Shown piece by piece: positions 30,529 through 40,281 of a stretch of DNA of 43,323 nt (the stretch's first letter is position 1; every line of letters starts with the position of its first letter). The translations under genes and the position numbers were made by a program. Under the pieces are notes generated by a model. The model was given only the letters and a program-made list of their open reading frames with translations. It ran no database searches and was not told the DNA's origin. Source of the DNA: Chrysochromulina tobinii (Eukaryota); the NCBI GenBank assembly GCA_001275005.1, contig JWZX01003171.1:1-43323 (forward strand), in the 5' to 3' direction.

Positions 30529-30875
30529 GGATGGATGCGCATCTCTCATGACGAAAAATAAATAAAAGTGCTCACCAAATCGCGCTATAAAATGGGCATC
30601 AATCTCTACAGATCGATACGAGGTGCGCCGTGTTGCATTTCTGCCCAACCGTGCATGGGGGTCCGGAGAGTGCGTGCGTTTGTGTTTCACAGCCAATGGT
30701 TATAATTCGACACCCAAGACACCGGACCGGCGTATATACGGATGCGTGGATCACAGCAGCAGCACAGTGAAATTCCGCACACGTGTTGTCGTATTGTCGA
30801 GTTAATTCTCGCGTCTGTCGTGTTAACGTTCACGGGTCATGTAAGGTGTGTGTATTCTGAGCGGGCAGTAACAGT

Positions 30876-30916
30876 GCCGTAGCACCGGCTGTCGCGTCTG
30901 TCGTGTTAACGTTCAC
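30876..30916 (+). promoter_or_regulatory. Second copy of the 41-nt candidate promoter element, with a partial extra copy near 30809-30833
   Basis: GCCGTAGCACCGGCTGTCGCGTCTGTCGTGTTAACGTTCAC ends ~64 nt upstream of ATG 30980. Confidence 0.45.
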
Positions 30917-30979
30917 GCGTGACGGGAACTCGCGCGAGCCACAGCACACACGCTTCCGGCGCGCTGACGCCCGCCCGCG

Positions 30980-32767
30980 ATGGCAAAGGCAGCCAAGGCG
31001 AAGACGAAGCAGTTCGCGGCGACCACGCGAATGATCACGCCTCACGGCGGCCGCATCGTCAAGCCCGCGCACCAGCTGCTCCTGCAGCAGCAGGTTAAGA
31101 AGAAGCCCGCCGGCGGAGCTGCGAAGGGTCGCGCTGGCGCTGGGCGACGACTTTGGCGTGCTCTTCGTCGCGCTGTCCTATCGGTGGCTCACGAAGGAGC
31201 ACCCCGACGACGTCCACCTCGGCATCATGGCCCCGGTCGCCGAGCTCTGCCTCAACCTGAGGGGGGCACCTCTTGGGGCGGCGGCAGCAGCCGCAGCCGC
31301 GCTGCTGAGGCCGAGGACGAGAAGGCACAGGAGCTGCGCCGGCACAAGAGCGCCATCGAGGAGGCCTTTGCCGAGCTCGTCTGCCCCATCACTTTTTCGC
31401 TGCCCTTCGACCCGGTCATCGCCAAGGACGGGAAGGTGTACGAGCGATCGGCCATCGAGGAGTGGCTCAAGCAGCAGGGCAAGAGCCCGTTGACGAACTT
31501 GCCGATGGGCAAGAAGCTGCTGCCGGCAATGCACGTCAAGAATATGATCCGTGTGATGGTCGCCTCGGGCACTCTCACGGGTGACAAGGCGGACGAGTGG
31601 GAGCTGAGGCGGAAGGAGGAGGAGCAGGCAGCGCCAGAGAAGGTTGCGGCCGAGAAGGTGGCGGCTGAGAAGGCGGCGGCTGAGAAGGCGGCGGCCAAGA
31701 AAGCGGCGGCCTTGAGGAAGGCTGCTCGTAGAGGAGACGTCCATCAACTTCGCAATCTGCTAAAGGCGGGGGCGGCAGTTGACGCAGCCAGCGACAAAGG
31801 CTGGACTGCCTTGATGAATGCTGCCCAAAACGGCCACGAGCCCTGCCTTCTCGTCCTGCTCGAGGCGAAGGCCGACCCAAATATGGCAAAGTCGAACGGC
31901 TCGACCGCCTTGATGCTCGCTGCCCGAAACGGCCACGAGCCCTGCCTTCTCGTCCTGCTCGAGGCGGGCGCCGCCGTGAACGCTCAGAACAACGCCGGCG
32001 TGACAGCCTTGATGCTCGCTGCCCAAAATGGCCACGAGCAGGTTGCTCATGTCCTGCTCAAGGCGGGGGCAGCCGTTGACGAAACCGAGGAAGACGGTTG
32101 GACGGCGCTCATGTTTGCTGCCCAAAAGGGCCAGGAGCAGGTTGCTCTCGTCCTGCTCGAGGCAAAGGCGGACCCAAATAAGGCTTTGCCCGACGGATGG
32201 ACCGCCTTGATGGCAGCTGCCCAAAATGGCCACGAGCAGGTTGCTCTCGTCCTGCTCAAGGCGGGGGCGGCCGTTGACAAAACCGAGGAAAACGGTTGGA
32301 CGGCGCTCATGTTTGCTGCCCAAGGTGGCCACGAGCAGGTTGCTCTCGTCCTGCTCGAGTCGGGCGCAGCCGTGAACGCTCAGGACAACGCCGGATGGAC
32401 CGCCTTGATGTTCGCTGCCCAAAGTGGCCACGAGCAGGTTGCTCATGTCTTCCTCAAGGCGGGGGCAGCCGTTGACGAAACCGAGGAAGACGGTTGGACG
32501 GCGCTCATGTTTGCTGCCCATGATGGCCACGAGCGTTGTGCTCTCGCCCTGCTCGAGGCAAAGGCGGACCCAAATAAGGCACAGCCCGACGGCGTCACAG
32601 CCTTGATGCTTGCTGCCCATCATGGCCACGAGCCCTGCCTTCTCGTCCTGCTCGAGGCGGGCGCCGTCGTGAGCGCTCAGAGCAACACCGGCGTGACCGC
32701 CTTGATGTTGGCTGCCAATAATGGCCACAAGCAGGTCGCTCTCATCCTGAGCGGTGCTTCTTACTAA
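30980..32767 (+). CDS. U-box E3 ubiquitin ligase with ~11 ankyrin repeats
   Basis: U-box LVCPITFSLPFDPVIAKDGKVYERSAIEEW..SPLTN; ten 33-aa G.TALM.AA..GH repeats plus one degenerate first repeat. Confidence 0.92.
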   Translation: MAKAAKAKTKQFAATTRMITPHGGRIVKPAHQLLLQQQVKKKPAGGAAKGRAGAGRRLWRALRRAVLSVAHEGAPRRRPPRHHGPGRRALPQPEGGTSWGGGSSRSRAAEAEDEKAQELRRHKSAIEEAFAELVCPITFSLPFDPVIAKDGKVYERSAIEEWLKQQGKSPLTNLPMGKKLLPAMHVKNMIRVMVASGTLTGDKADEWELRRKEEEQAAPEKVAAEKVAAEKAAAEKAAAKKAAALRKAARRGDVHQLRNLLKAGAAVDAASDKGWTALMNAAQNGHEPCLLVLLEAKADPNMAKSNGSTALMLAARNGHEPCLLVLLEAGAAVNAQNNAGVTALMLAAQNGHEQVAHVLLKAGAAVDETEEDGWTALMFAAQKGQEQVALVLLEAKADPNKALPDGWTALMAAAQNGHEQVALVLLKAGAAVDKTEENGWTALMFAAQGGHEQVALVLLESGAAVNAQDNAGWTALMFAAQSGHEQVAHVFLKAGAAVDETEEDGWTALMFAAHDGHERCALALLEAKADPNKAQPDGVTALMLAAHHGHEPCLLVLLEAGAVVSAQSNTGVTALMLAANNGHKQVALILSGASY

Positions 32768-33272
32768 GGGGGGTCTTGTTAGTGTGCATCACTGCAGACT
32801 GTACACTGCGTAGTACACGCCCATCGCTTTGGGAAGGCATGCTGACCCTTGGGTGCGTGCGTGTATAGGTGTGGCCCGGTCACCAAAAAAAGCAAACTTT
32901 CCTAGGAGCGAGCGGATACACGTATACAGGATGGATTTTTTACTCATGATGTGTCGCGGTCCGCTGTGGTTCGAATTCCGATCGCGTTGGAACCGTATCG
33001 ACGGTCCGGATTCCATACCGTACCGTCGATACGCCACGCATCGTATCTTTCAAATGCTGCTGCGGCGTCGAGGGCTGCACATCCGGGCACGCGGAGAGTC
33101 GGCATGTCTGCTTCGTCGCTCACAATTGCGCCGTCACAATCGCGCCGTCTCGGATCATCTCTCGCACGTGGTCGGCCAGCAGCGCGTGGCATTTTACATG
33201 GCTCAGCGTAGTATAAGCGGCCAGCAGCGCGCGGCACGTGGTTCAGCGTAGGATAAGCGGGCAATACATGGA

Positions 33273-35210
33273 TCAGCGGGTCCAGCCTAGCCTTCTGGCA
33301 GCCTCGGGTGAGGGTGGCGCCTCCGACGAGACCAAGTCCCATCGATTTACAGGCACGAGTGCTCCCGAGTGCAGCAGCCGGTTGACAAGCGAATCCTCCT
33401 CCTTGGCGAGAGCGAGCTCGGCACGGCGCGTCTTGCTCCCCCTCGGCTTGCGGGCTCGCGCCCGCGCCGGGCTGCCGCGTGCACGCAGGTACGCATCATC
33501 GGCCTCATCAAGATCGACCCATCGCCGGGAAGGCGATGCAGTCGACCGTCCGGACCCCGGCGTCTTCGGGGTGGCGCCCTTCCCGACCGGCGACTCGTAC
33601 CGGAAGGACGAGGCGTCGTCGTCGTCGTCGTCATCTTGACGAAACCGGACCGAGCTCGGCTTCTTGCCTTTCTTGGGCGAGGACGACATGGCCGCCGCCA
33701 GCGCCGCCTGCCCTAGCTCACGGGCCGCGGCTGCCTTTTGCGCCTCCGCAACCGCCAGCGCAGAAGCCTTGCGCTTCAGCTCCGCCTCCGCCACCTCCAT
33801 CCTCGCTCTCGCTTCGTCCGCCTTGCGCTTCATCTCGGCGAGGAGCTTGGCCATCTCGGCCAGCCTCCGATCGGCGTCCGCCCTCTCGGCGCGTGCAGCG
33901 GCGGCCTCGGTCAGCTGATGGGATGCCGCCGCGAGCTTCGACTCTGCCTTCTGGGCTGCCGCCTTTGCTTCGGCCATCTGTGCCTCCATCGCACTCATCC
34001 GCTGCAGGACCTCTGCACTCGCCGGCACACCGCCCGATTTCGACTTGTATTCGGCGTGCTGCCGCGCCAGCTGTGCCTTGAGCTCCTCAATGAGCCTCTG
34101 CTTCTCCACATTCTCCGCGCGCAATCTCGCTATCTCGGCCTCGCGGTCGGTGGCCTTCGCCTGGGCCACCCGATTGGTGGCGACCTTGGCTGCGAGTGTT
34201 GGCTTGTACTCGCTGCTGCTCGCACCGGTCGAGAACGCGCTGTCCTCTTTCCCCTTCTTCGCCGCCCGAAGCGCCGCTGCGAACTCCGCCTCCTGTTTCG
34301 TGATCCGTGCAACAAGCTCCGCCTCCTTTGTCGCCATGCGTTTCTCCATCGCCGCCAGCGCCTCCTCCGCAGCGTGCTGCCTCGCCTCAGCCTCGTGCGC
34401 GACGACTGCCATCGCCTTGGCCGCGCTCTCGGCCGCCCGCTCCTCGTCCAGCTTGGCAATCCAATGCGCCGCCGTCGCTTGCAAAAGGTCCTCTTCCGAT
34501 TGTACATCGTCGACATGCTTGTCGTGCCAAGTGGCCATCCTCTTCAGAGGCACCCGGGGGGGCGTCGGATGAAACAGGGCACCTTCCGTCGTCTTCGCGG
34601 CCGTCGCCTCCGCCGCCGCCGCTCGTGCGAGCGCCGCCGCGAGCTTCGCCTCCAGCGCCGCCACCTCCGTCGACAGGCAAGCTCGCACCACCTCAGCTGA
34701 AGGGTCGTCCACAACCTTGGTGACCACAACGGCGCCGCCTTTCTCGACAAAGCCTCGGACGGGCGCGTCGTGGCGGATGTCCTGACCTTTGATGTCGGTC
34801 TTTGCCTTCGCATCCTTCAGCTTGGCCTTCATCTCCGCATTCTTCTGGCGCAGCTCGCGCTCAACATCAGCTGGCGACCGTGTCAGCGCGTGCTTGAGCT
34901 CACTGAAATCGACATCGCCGCTGCGGTCCGCGTCGAACGCGTCGAAGACAGAATCGATCGCCGCCGTCGGCGCCGAGAAGCCCATCGCCCTGATGCCGGC
35001 GTGGAACTCATCGCGGGTGACGGACGCGCTCTTGTCCGCGTCCCACTCCTTGAACAGGTCCATGACCGTGAGAGCGTTGGCATGGAGCTGCACCTGGAGC
35101 TGCTCGCCCACACTCAGGTCGGCCTTGGGATCGATCTGGATCAAATGCGACGGCAGCGGTTTCGTGTTCTTGTTGAGCTGCTTGGCAGGCTTCTTGAGTG
35201 CTGGCGGCAT
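33273..35210 (-). CDS. EF-hand pair + long coiled-coil protein
   Basis: DLFKEWDADKSASVTRDEF and FDADRSGDVDFSEL, followed by Ala/Glu/Lys-rich heptads; 645-aa ORF. Confidence 0.8.
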   Translation of the reverse strand: MPPALKKPAKQLNKNTKPLPSHLIQIDPKADLSVGEQLQVQLHANALTVMDLFKEWDADKSASVTRDEFHAGIRAMGFSAPTAAIDSVFDAFDADRSGDVDFSELKHALTRSPADVERELRQKNAEMKAKLKDAKAKTDIKGQDIRHDAPVRGFVEKGGAVVVTKVVDDPSAEVVRACLSTEVAALEAKLAAALARAAAAEATAAKTTEGALFHPTPPRVPLKRMATWHDKHVDDVQSEEDLLQATAAHWIAKLDEERAAESAAKAMAVVAHEAEARQHAAEEALAAMEKRMATKEAELVARITKQEAEFAAALRAAKKGKEDSAFSTGASSSEYKPTLAAKVATNRVAQAKATDREAEIARLRAENVEKQRLIEELKAQLARQHAEYKSKSGGVPASAEVLQRMSAMEAQMAEAKAAAQKAESKLAAASHQLTEAAAARAERADADRRLAEMAKLLAEMKRKADEARARMEVAEAELKRKASALAVAEAQKAAAARELGQAALAAAMSSSPKKGKKPSSVRFRQDDDDDDDASSFRYESPVGKGATPKTPGSGRSTASPSRRWVDLDEADDAYLRARGSPARARARKPRGSKTRRAELALAKEEDSLVNRLLHSGALVPVNRWDLVSSEAPPSPEAARRLGWTR

Positions 35211-35379
35211 TCCGGCATTGTGTGGCCGGATGTCGAATTGAGGCAGAAACTTTTTTGCTGTGAAGACATGGCCGCCTTCTAGTGAACTTCACATTGTGAA
35301 GTGTTGCGACACGACACCCAGCTGAGAACAGACACACCGGACCGCGATAAATGAGAAAGACAGTCGCCCGTGGCAGATC

Positions 35380-36924
35380 TCATTTCTCGCGGGGCTTGAC
35401 GAAACTGTTGAGGAGGTTCAATCCGAGGTTGATGGCGCTGTAGCCGGCGTTTGCCTGCTCGGCGCTTGCCGACGCGATCGAGGCCTGTCCGTCGCCTTCA
35501 CCGCTCGGCGAGGCGCCGACTCCGCGCCGTCCGAAGACCTCGGTGAAGGCTTGTCGGCTGACATGGAGCGCCTGCGCCGGCAGTTGGGTGGAGCCCTCGG
35601 GCTTGTACACTTTCAGGTCGCTTCGCACCGCCGTGCCGTAAGCGTGGAACTCAACCAGCCCGTTCGCGACCTCGACGATGTCGAGCTCCAGTCCGATGAT
35701 CTCGTCCGCGCCGAGCGCCAGGGCGTCTTGGTAGATCCCGTCCATGACGTGTGCACGCGCCGCCTCGAGCACCTCATTGTATCTGGTGATCTCGCCACCG
35801 CGCATCTCTTGCCCCCAAGATTTGAGCATGCCTCCGAAGCCCACGTTGAAGACGCTCGTGCGTGTGACCACTCCGACGGGCAGCATCCCACAGTCCATGC
35901 AGGCCCACAGATCCGCTTCCGGCAATGAGGAGGTCTTGACGTCCTCGGGCGACGCCGGAGGCCGTAGGTCTGAGTGGGTGCATGCCGTGCCGCGCACGGC
36001 AACCTCCTGGAGAAAGGACCAGTTGGACGCCTGCATCTGCACGCCCGACACGAAGGGGCACCCTTGCTCGTGCGCCTCGACGCACAGGCGGTAGAGCGCG
36101 GCATTGCGAGCTCGATTGAAGACGTCCGAGATGGCTGGCACCTCCCCGGACGAGATTGTGCTCGCAACGGCGGAGCGAAAGAAGCCTCCCAGCCCTCGGG
36201 AATAGGCGTCGTTGCCAAAGACCACCGTCTTGGGCGTGAAGCCGCACTCCAGCAAGCAGTAGAACTGCTCGCCAGAGCAGCCAGCCACGAACAGAGTGGG
36301 CGGCGGAGCCACCTTAGGATGATGAGTCTCCTCATCAACGGAGAGCCAGTCGGAATGGACTCGTGGAGATGCCCCCTCGGTCGGTGGAGACGCCCTCTCG
36401 GTCGGTGGAGACGCCCTCTCGATTGGCACGGGTGGACACTTCTCATGATCTTCGAGCGCGACCACGGTGCTGCCGATTGCCACGACCTCGAAGTGCGATG
36501 CCTTGTGCACGAGTTGCAGGCTCGTCCCTACGACGCCCGCCCCGCCGCGTGCCACGGCCTCTGCCATCAGCTTGTCCATCGCCGTTTGCCGAGCACTCGA
36601 AATCAGCCCGGTGACCTCGGCGTTGCTTCCTCCCTGAGTTTGCGACCACGACGAAAGGAAGCCATTGATCATACCCATGCTCTGTGCAGCCGAGCCGAGG
36701 ACCAGGTGGTGCGGCCGGAAGCCCTTCTTCCTCAAGCAGTAAATCTCGCTCCCATTCAAACGGGTCGCGCGGCACGAGCTCCACCATTGCGCAGGTGAAA
36801 GTGACTCATCCACTGAGGCGGGAGGAGATGAGCGAATGGGCTCGGCTTGCAACCAGCAGCGCCGTCCGAGCCGCAGCACTGGGCCCCTGAACGGTGCCGA
36901 CACCAGTTCCGGCACCTTGAACAT
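35380..36924 (-). CDS. Protein with three tandem YbjQ/UPF0145 (putative heavy-metal-binding) domains
   Basis: Three repeats of GE....L..AR..A...L..EA...G...V.G...EV.A.GT.V, e.g. GEITRYNEVLEAARAHVM..ALALGADEIIG..EFHAYGTAV. The ORF is open to 37071; first ATG at 36924. Confidence 0.78.
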   Translation of the reverse strand: MFKVPELVSAPFRGPVLRLGRRCWLQAEPIRSSPPASVDESLSPAQWWSSCRATRLNGSEIYCLRKKGFRPHHLVLGSAAQSMGMINGFLSSWSQTQGGSNAEVTGLISSARQTAMDKLMAEAVARGGAGVVGTSLQLVHKASHFEVVAIGSTVVALEDHEKCPPVPIERASPPTERASPPTEGASPRVHSDWLSVDEETHHPKVAPPPTLFVAGCSGEQFYCLLECGFTPKTVVFGNDAYSRGLGGFFRSAVASTISSGEVPAISDVFNRARNAALYRLCVEAHEQGCPFVSGVQMQASNWSFLQEVAVRGTACTHSDLRPPASPEDVKTSSLPEADLWACMDCGMLPVGVVTRTSVFNVGFGGMLKSWGQEMRGGEITRYNEVLEAARAHVMDGIYQDALALGADEIIGLELDIVEVANGLVEFHAYGTAVRSDLKVYKPEGSTQLPAQALHVSRQAFTEVFGRRGVGASPSGEGDGQASIASASAEQANAGYSAINLGLNLLNSFVKPREK

Positions 36925-37308
36925 GTCGACCAGCACCACACTGAACTGTGAATTTGAATCGGCGGGACCCAGATTCGTCAAGCCTCTAGCTGCAAGCTGG
37001 TATCCCCCCGACCCTCGCCAGATTCCTTTAGAAGGAAAATCGGTCAGCACATTTGCACATAATGAACTCACGCAATCTTTGAAAAGTTGGAGTGATGAAC
37101 ATGACTCAGTCTCTCAGTGAGTGATGAACTGTCCATGTGTGATGATAAATTCCTAATCTGTGTAATACTGTAACTGTTCACAATGAGCTGAGCGCAAAAC
37201 TCTGGAAATGTCCTCTCCGTTGCCCTTTTTCATCTAGATGTTGCCCCGCACTCCTCGAGCGTTTCTTCTACACTGCGTGTACATAAGGAGTGGCCTCCTC
37301 GCCAGGCT

Positions 37309-40139
37309 CTAGATCAGGAGCTCCAGCTGCGCCGCCTCGCCCGCGTCCCGGAGTGCCGCCACCGCCTGCTCGTCGTGCGTCGTGCGGAGCAGACCGTGCG
37401 CGTCCGGCGCGCGCGCCTCGTCCAGATAGTTCTCGCGCACGTCCACCCGCCGCAGTCGCAGTGGCGGCGCCCGAGACGACGCTCCCGCCTCAGCCGCCGC
37501 CCGAGACGACGCTCCCGCCTCAGCCGCCGCCCGAGACGACGCTCCCGCCTCAGCCGCCGCCTGACTCGCCTCGTCGCACGCCTGCCGAAGGCATTCGGCC
37601 AGCAGGGCGGCGCCGCCAGATCCAATCTGATTCTCGGCGAGATCGATCGAGGTGAGAGATCTCGACGCGAGCATGGCGCGCGCGAGAGCATCGAGACCGC
37701 TCAGATCGGGTGCGAGCGGACACACCTTGACTTCGGTGCCATCCCAGTGCGTGACTACTACGGCGCGCCCCAAATGGGCGACGCGCGCGCCGACCTCGAT
37801 AGGGCCACCCTCCACCGCGCTCGCCGGCAGGTAGCCGCTCTCGCCGTCGCCGAGATTGTTCGAGCTCAGTCGAAGGCAAGTGAGGCTCGAGCAACGCGCG
37901 AGAGCGGCCGCCACGGCCGAGGCGACCGCGGGTCCATCCACCAGGTTGGCGTCATCCACAGACCTGATGAGAGAGGTCATCAGAGGTCATCAGAGGTCAT
38001 CAGAGGTCATCAGAGGTCATCAGGGGCCATCCGCCAGGTTGGCGTCATCCACACACATGGACAGGTTGAGTTCCGTCAATGAGGGCGTCGTCTCGAGCGC
38101 GCGCGCGATCGCCTCGACGCCAACAGCCCCCATACCCGTCTCGGATAGGTCGAGGGAGCGCAGCCGCGGCAACTCCTCGAGCGCCGTCGCGAGCGCGACG
38201 GCTCCCTCCGGGCCGATGGGATTGTGCGCCACATCGAGGCTCGTGAGGGCCGTGAAATGGGGTAGCGCCGCGCTGAGCGCCGTCGCCTCTGCCGCCGTCC
38301 AGGCCAACGTGCTGAACGAGAGGCTCGTCGCGCTGACCGACACGGCGCCAAAAAACGTGCGGTACACGCGGCTCACAACGGCCGCGTCGGCAGGGTCGCT
38401 AAAGGCCTTGGCCTCTCGGAAGAGGGCGTCGGCGGCGTCGGGCAGAAGCGGCGGGGGCCGGTGCGTCGAACAAACGTGCTCGAGCCGCCGGCTCGGCTTC
38501 CAATAGCCTCCGGCATACGCGGCCGATGCGTCGCGGCCGGCGTCCGGCGACCGATGTCGAGGCGGCGCGCATGGCTCTTGACCACGGCACTCGTGGCCGC
38601 CTCGCAGAAGCAAAAGCCAGAGGCGTCGTAGGTGGCGCCGCTGAATCCGGCCGGGACGGCGCTCTGCATCCAGACGACTGTGTGGGCGTGGCCGCACCAG
38701 AGGTCGGTCGAGTCGCGCAGCCCACGGACGAAGAGGAGCTCTTCGGGCAGGGTCCGTGGCGGCTGGAAGAGGGAGGCAAAGTCCCAAAAGAGGCCGAAAT
38801 CGGGAGGTTCCGTCAAGCCGGCGCCCTCAAAGGCGGCGGTGAGGGGCGAGCGTGAGATGAGGGATCGCTCGGCCTCGAAATTGGGCAGCAGGTAGGTCTG
38901 TGCCACGTCGGCGACGGCGTCCAGATGGAACCGATCCGGGTCGCAATGCCACGTCGCTAGCCACTTGTACGACAGGATGACGAAGAGCAGCCCGAAGTCG
39001 GCGCCGAGAGCGGTGGCAAGGCGGCGGAGCGTCGGCGCACCGAGGAAGGCCTCAGGCGGCAGATCCTGCCGGCGCTCGATGCGCCCGCCAGATCGGCGCA
39101 GATTCACGAGCCATCGGCCCGAGATCGGCGAGATTGCACCCGATTCGACCGTCTCGAGCAGCGACTCGACTGCGAAGTAGCGGTCGACTTGGCTCAAGGC
39201 CGCCGTGGTGTACGAGCGTTTCAGTGGGTGCGGGATGGAATAGCGCTCGTTGAGAGTGAAGCTGCGGCTCAGCGCGTGCCCTCGCGTAGCCTCCGACGCA
39301 GCCGCTGTGCTCGTGGACTTGTCAGCTGCTCCTGTGGAATCCTCAGGAACGCTCTCTGAGAATCGAATCTCTGAGAATCCAGATGTGGAATCCGCAGGAA
39401 TCTCGTCGAATCGAATCTCTGAGAATCCAATCTCGTCGACCTCCTCGTACGTCTCGGGCACGCCGAGGCCGGAGGAGGGACCGACGTCGATCTCGAGCAG
39501 CATGCCCGCGTACCCATCCTCGGGCACCATCACGATCAGTTCGGAGCCCTCCCATTCCACGGTGAACTCTTCTCCCGGCACACAACCGTCGGGCACCACG
39601 GCTTCAATGGTCGTCCACGTCGTCGCAGAGGGCTCTGAGGCCGTGGCGTCCAACCCGTTCGATGCTGAGGACTCTGAGGCCGAGGTCGACTCGATGATGG
39701 CGGCGGCGAGTTCGCGCGCGAAATTCCGGGTCTCTGTGCGGTTGAGCTTGAGCGGAGGCTTTGGTAGAGGCACGGCGAGCAGCAAGTCGTCGTCCTCCTC
39801 CTCGCATCTCCCATCCGTGCCCAGGAGCGCATTCGCGACGGCCCGCAGCGGCCAGCCCGGCGCGTGTCGAGCATCGTTGAGGACCTTGGAGAGTGCTGCC
39901 GCCAGCTCGTTCAGCTCACCCGCACTGGGCCTTGTGGCGGTGGAAGGCGCAGCAGCGGTGGGCGGAGCCCTGCCGTCTGCTTGTGCCTTCAGGTGGCTGC
40001 CGATGAACCCGAGCCGTTCGGCGGTTGGCACAGGCAGCGATGCTTGGACTGCCGCCGTCAGAGCGGTCTCTAGACTGGCGCGGATATACTGCTCCTCAAA
40101 GTACGGCGGCAGCGTCTGCTCGTCGAGCGCTTCTAGCAT
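37309..40139 (-). CDS. Second HET-like + LRR protein with N-terminal Dpy-30/RIIa-like helices; one frameshift near 38530 and intron 38056-37964
   Basis: LFVILSYKW..HCDPD, LFWDFASLFQ, LWCGH..TVVW and YDASGFCFCE; LRRs LDVAHNPIGPEG, LDLSETGMG, LSSNNLG and LAENQIG. Confidence 0.7.
37964..38056 (-). other. Exon-echo GT-AG intron (93 nt) with ~5 ACCTCTGATG decamers
   Basis: First 34 nt match the next exon's start at 31/34; ends GACCTCTCTCATCAG; splicing gives LNLSM-SVDDANLV. Confidence 0.85.
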
Positions 40140-40281
40140 CCCGAGGCTTCCGCGCTTTCCGAAAACATCGAAAACATTTTGAAAAGTGAAGTTCAACACA
40201 GAACACCAATCGGGCCAAACTCACCTCGAGCTCTCTTCGCGAGTGCCCTAGAACTGTGAACGCATATTCCGCAATCCTTCC

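Noticed and set aside
31760..34700. Long antisense ORFs over the ankyrin and coiled-coil genes (and similar ones across the window)
   Set aside because: Expected shadows of high-GC codon usage; no domain signatures.
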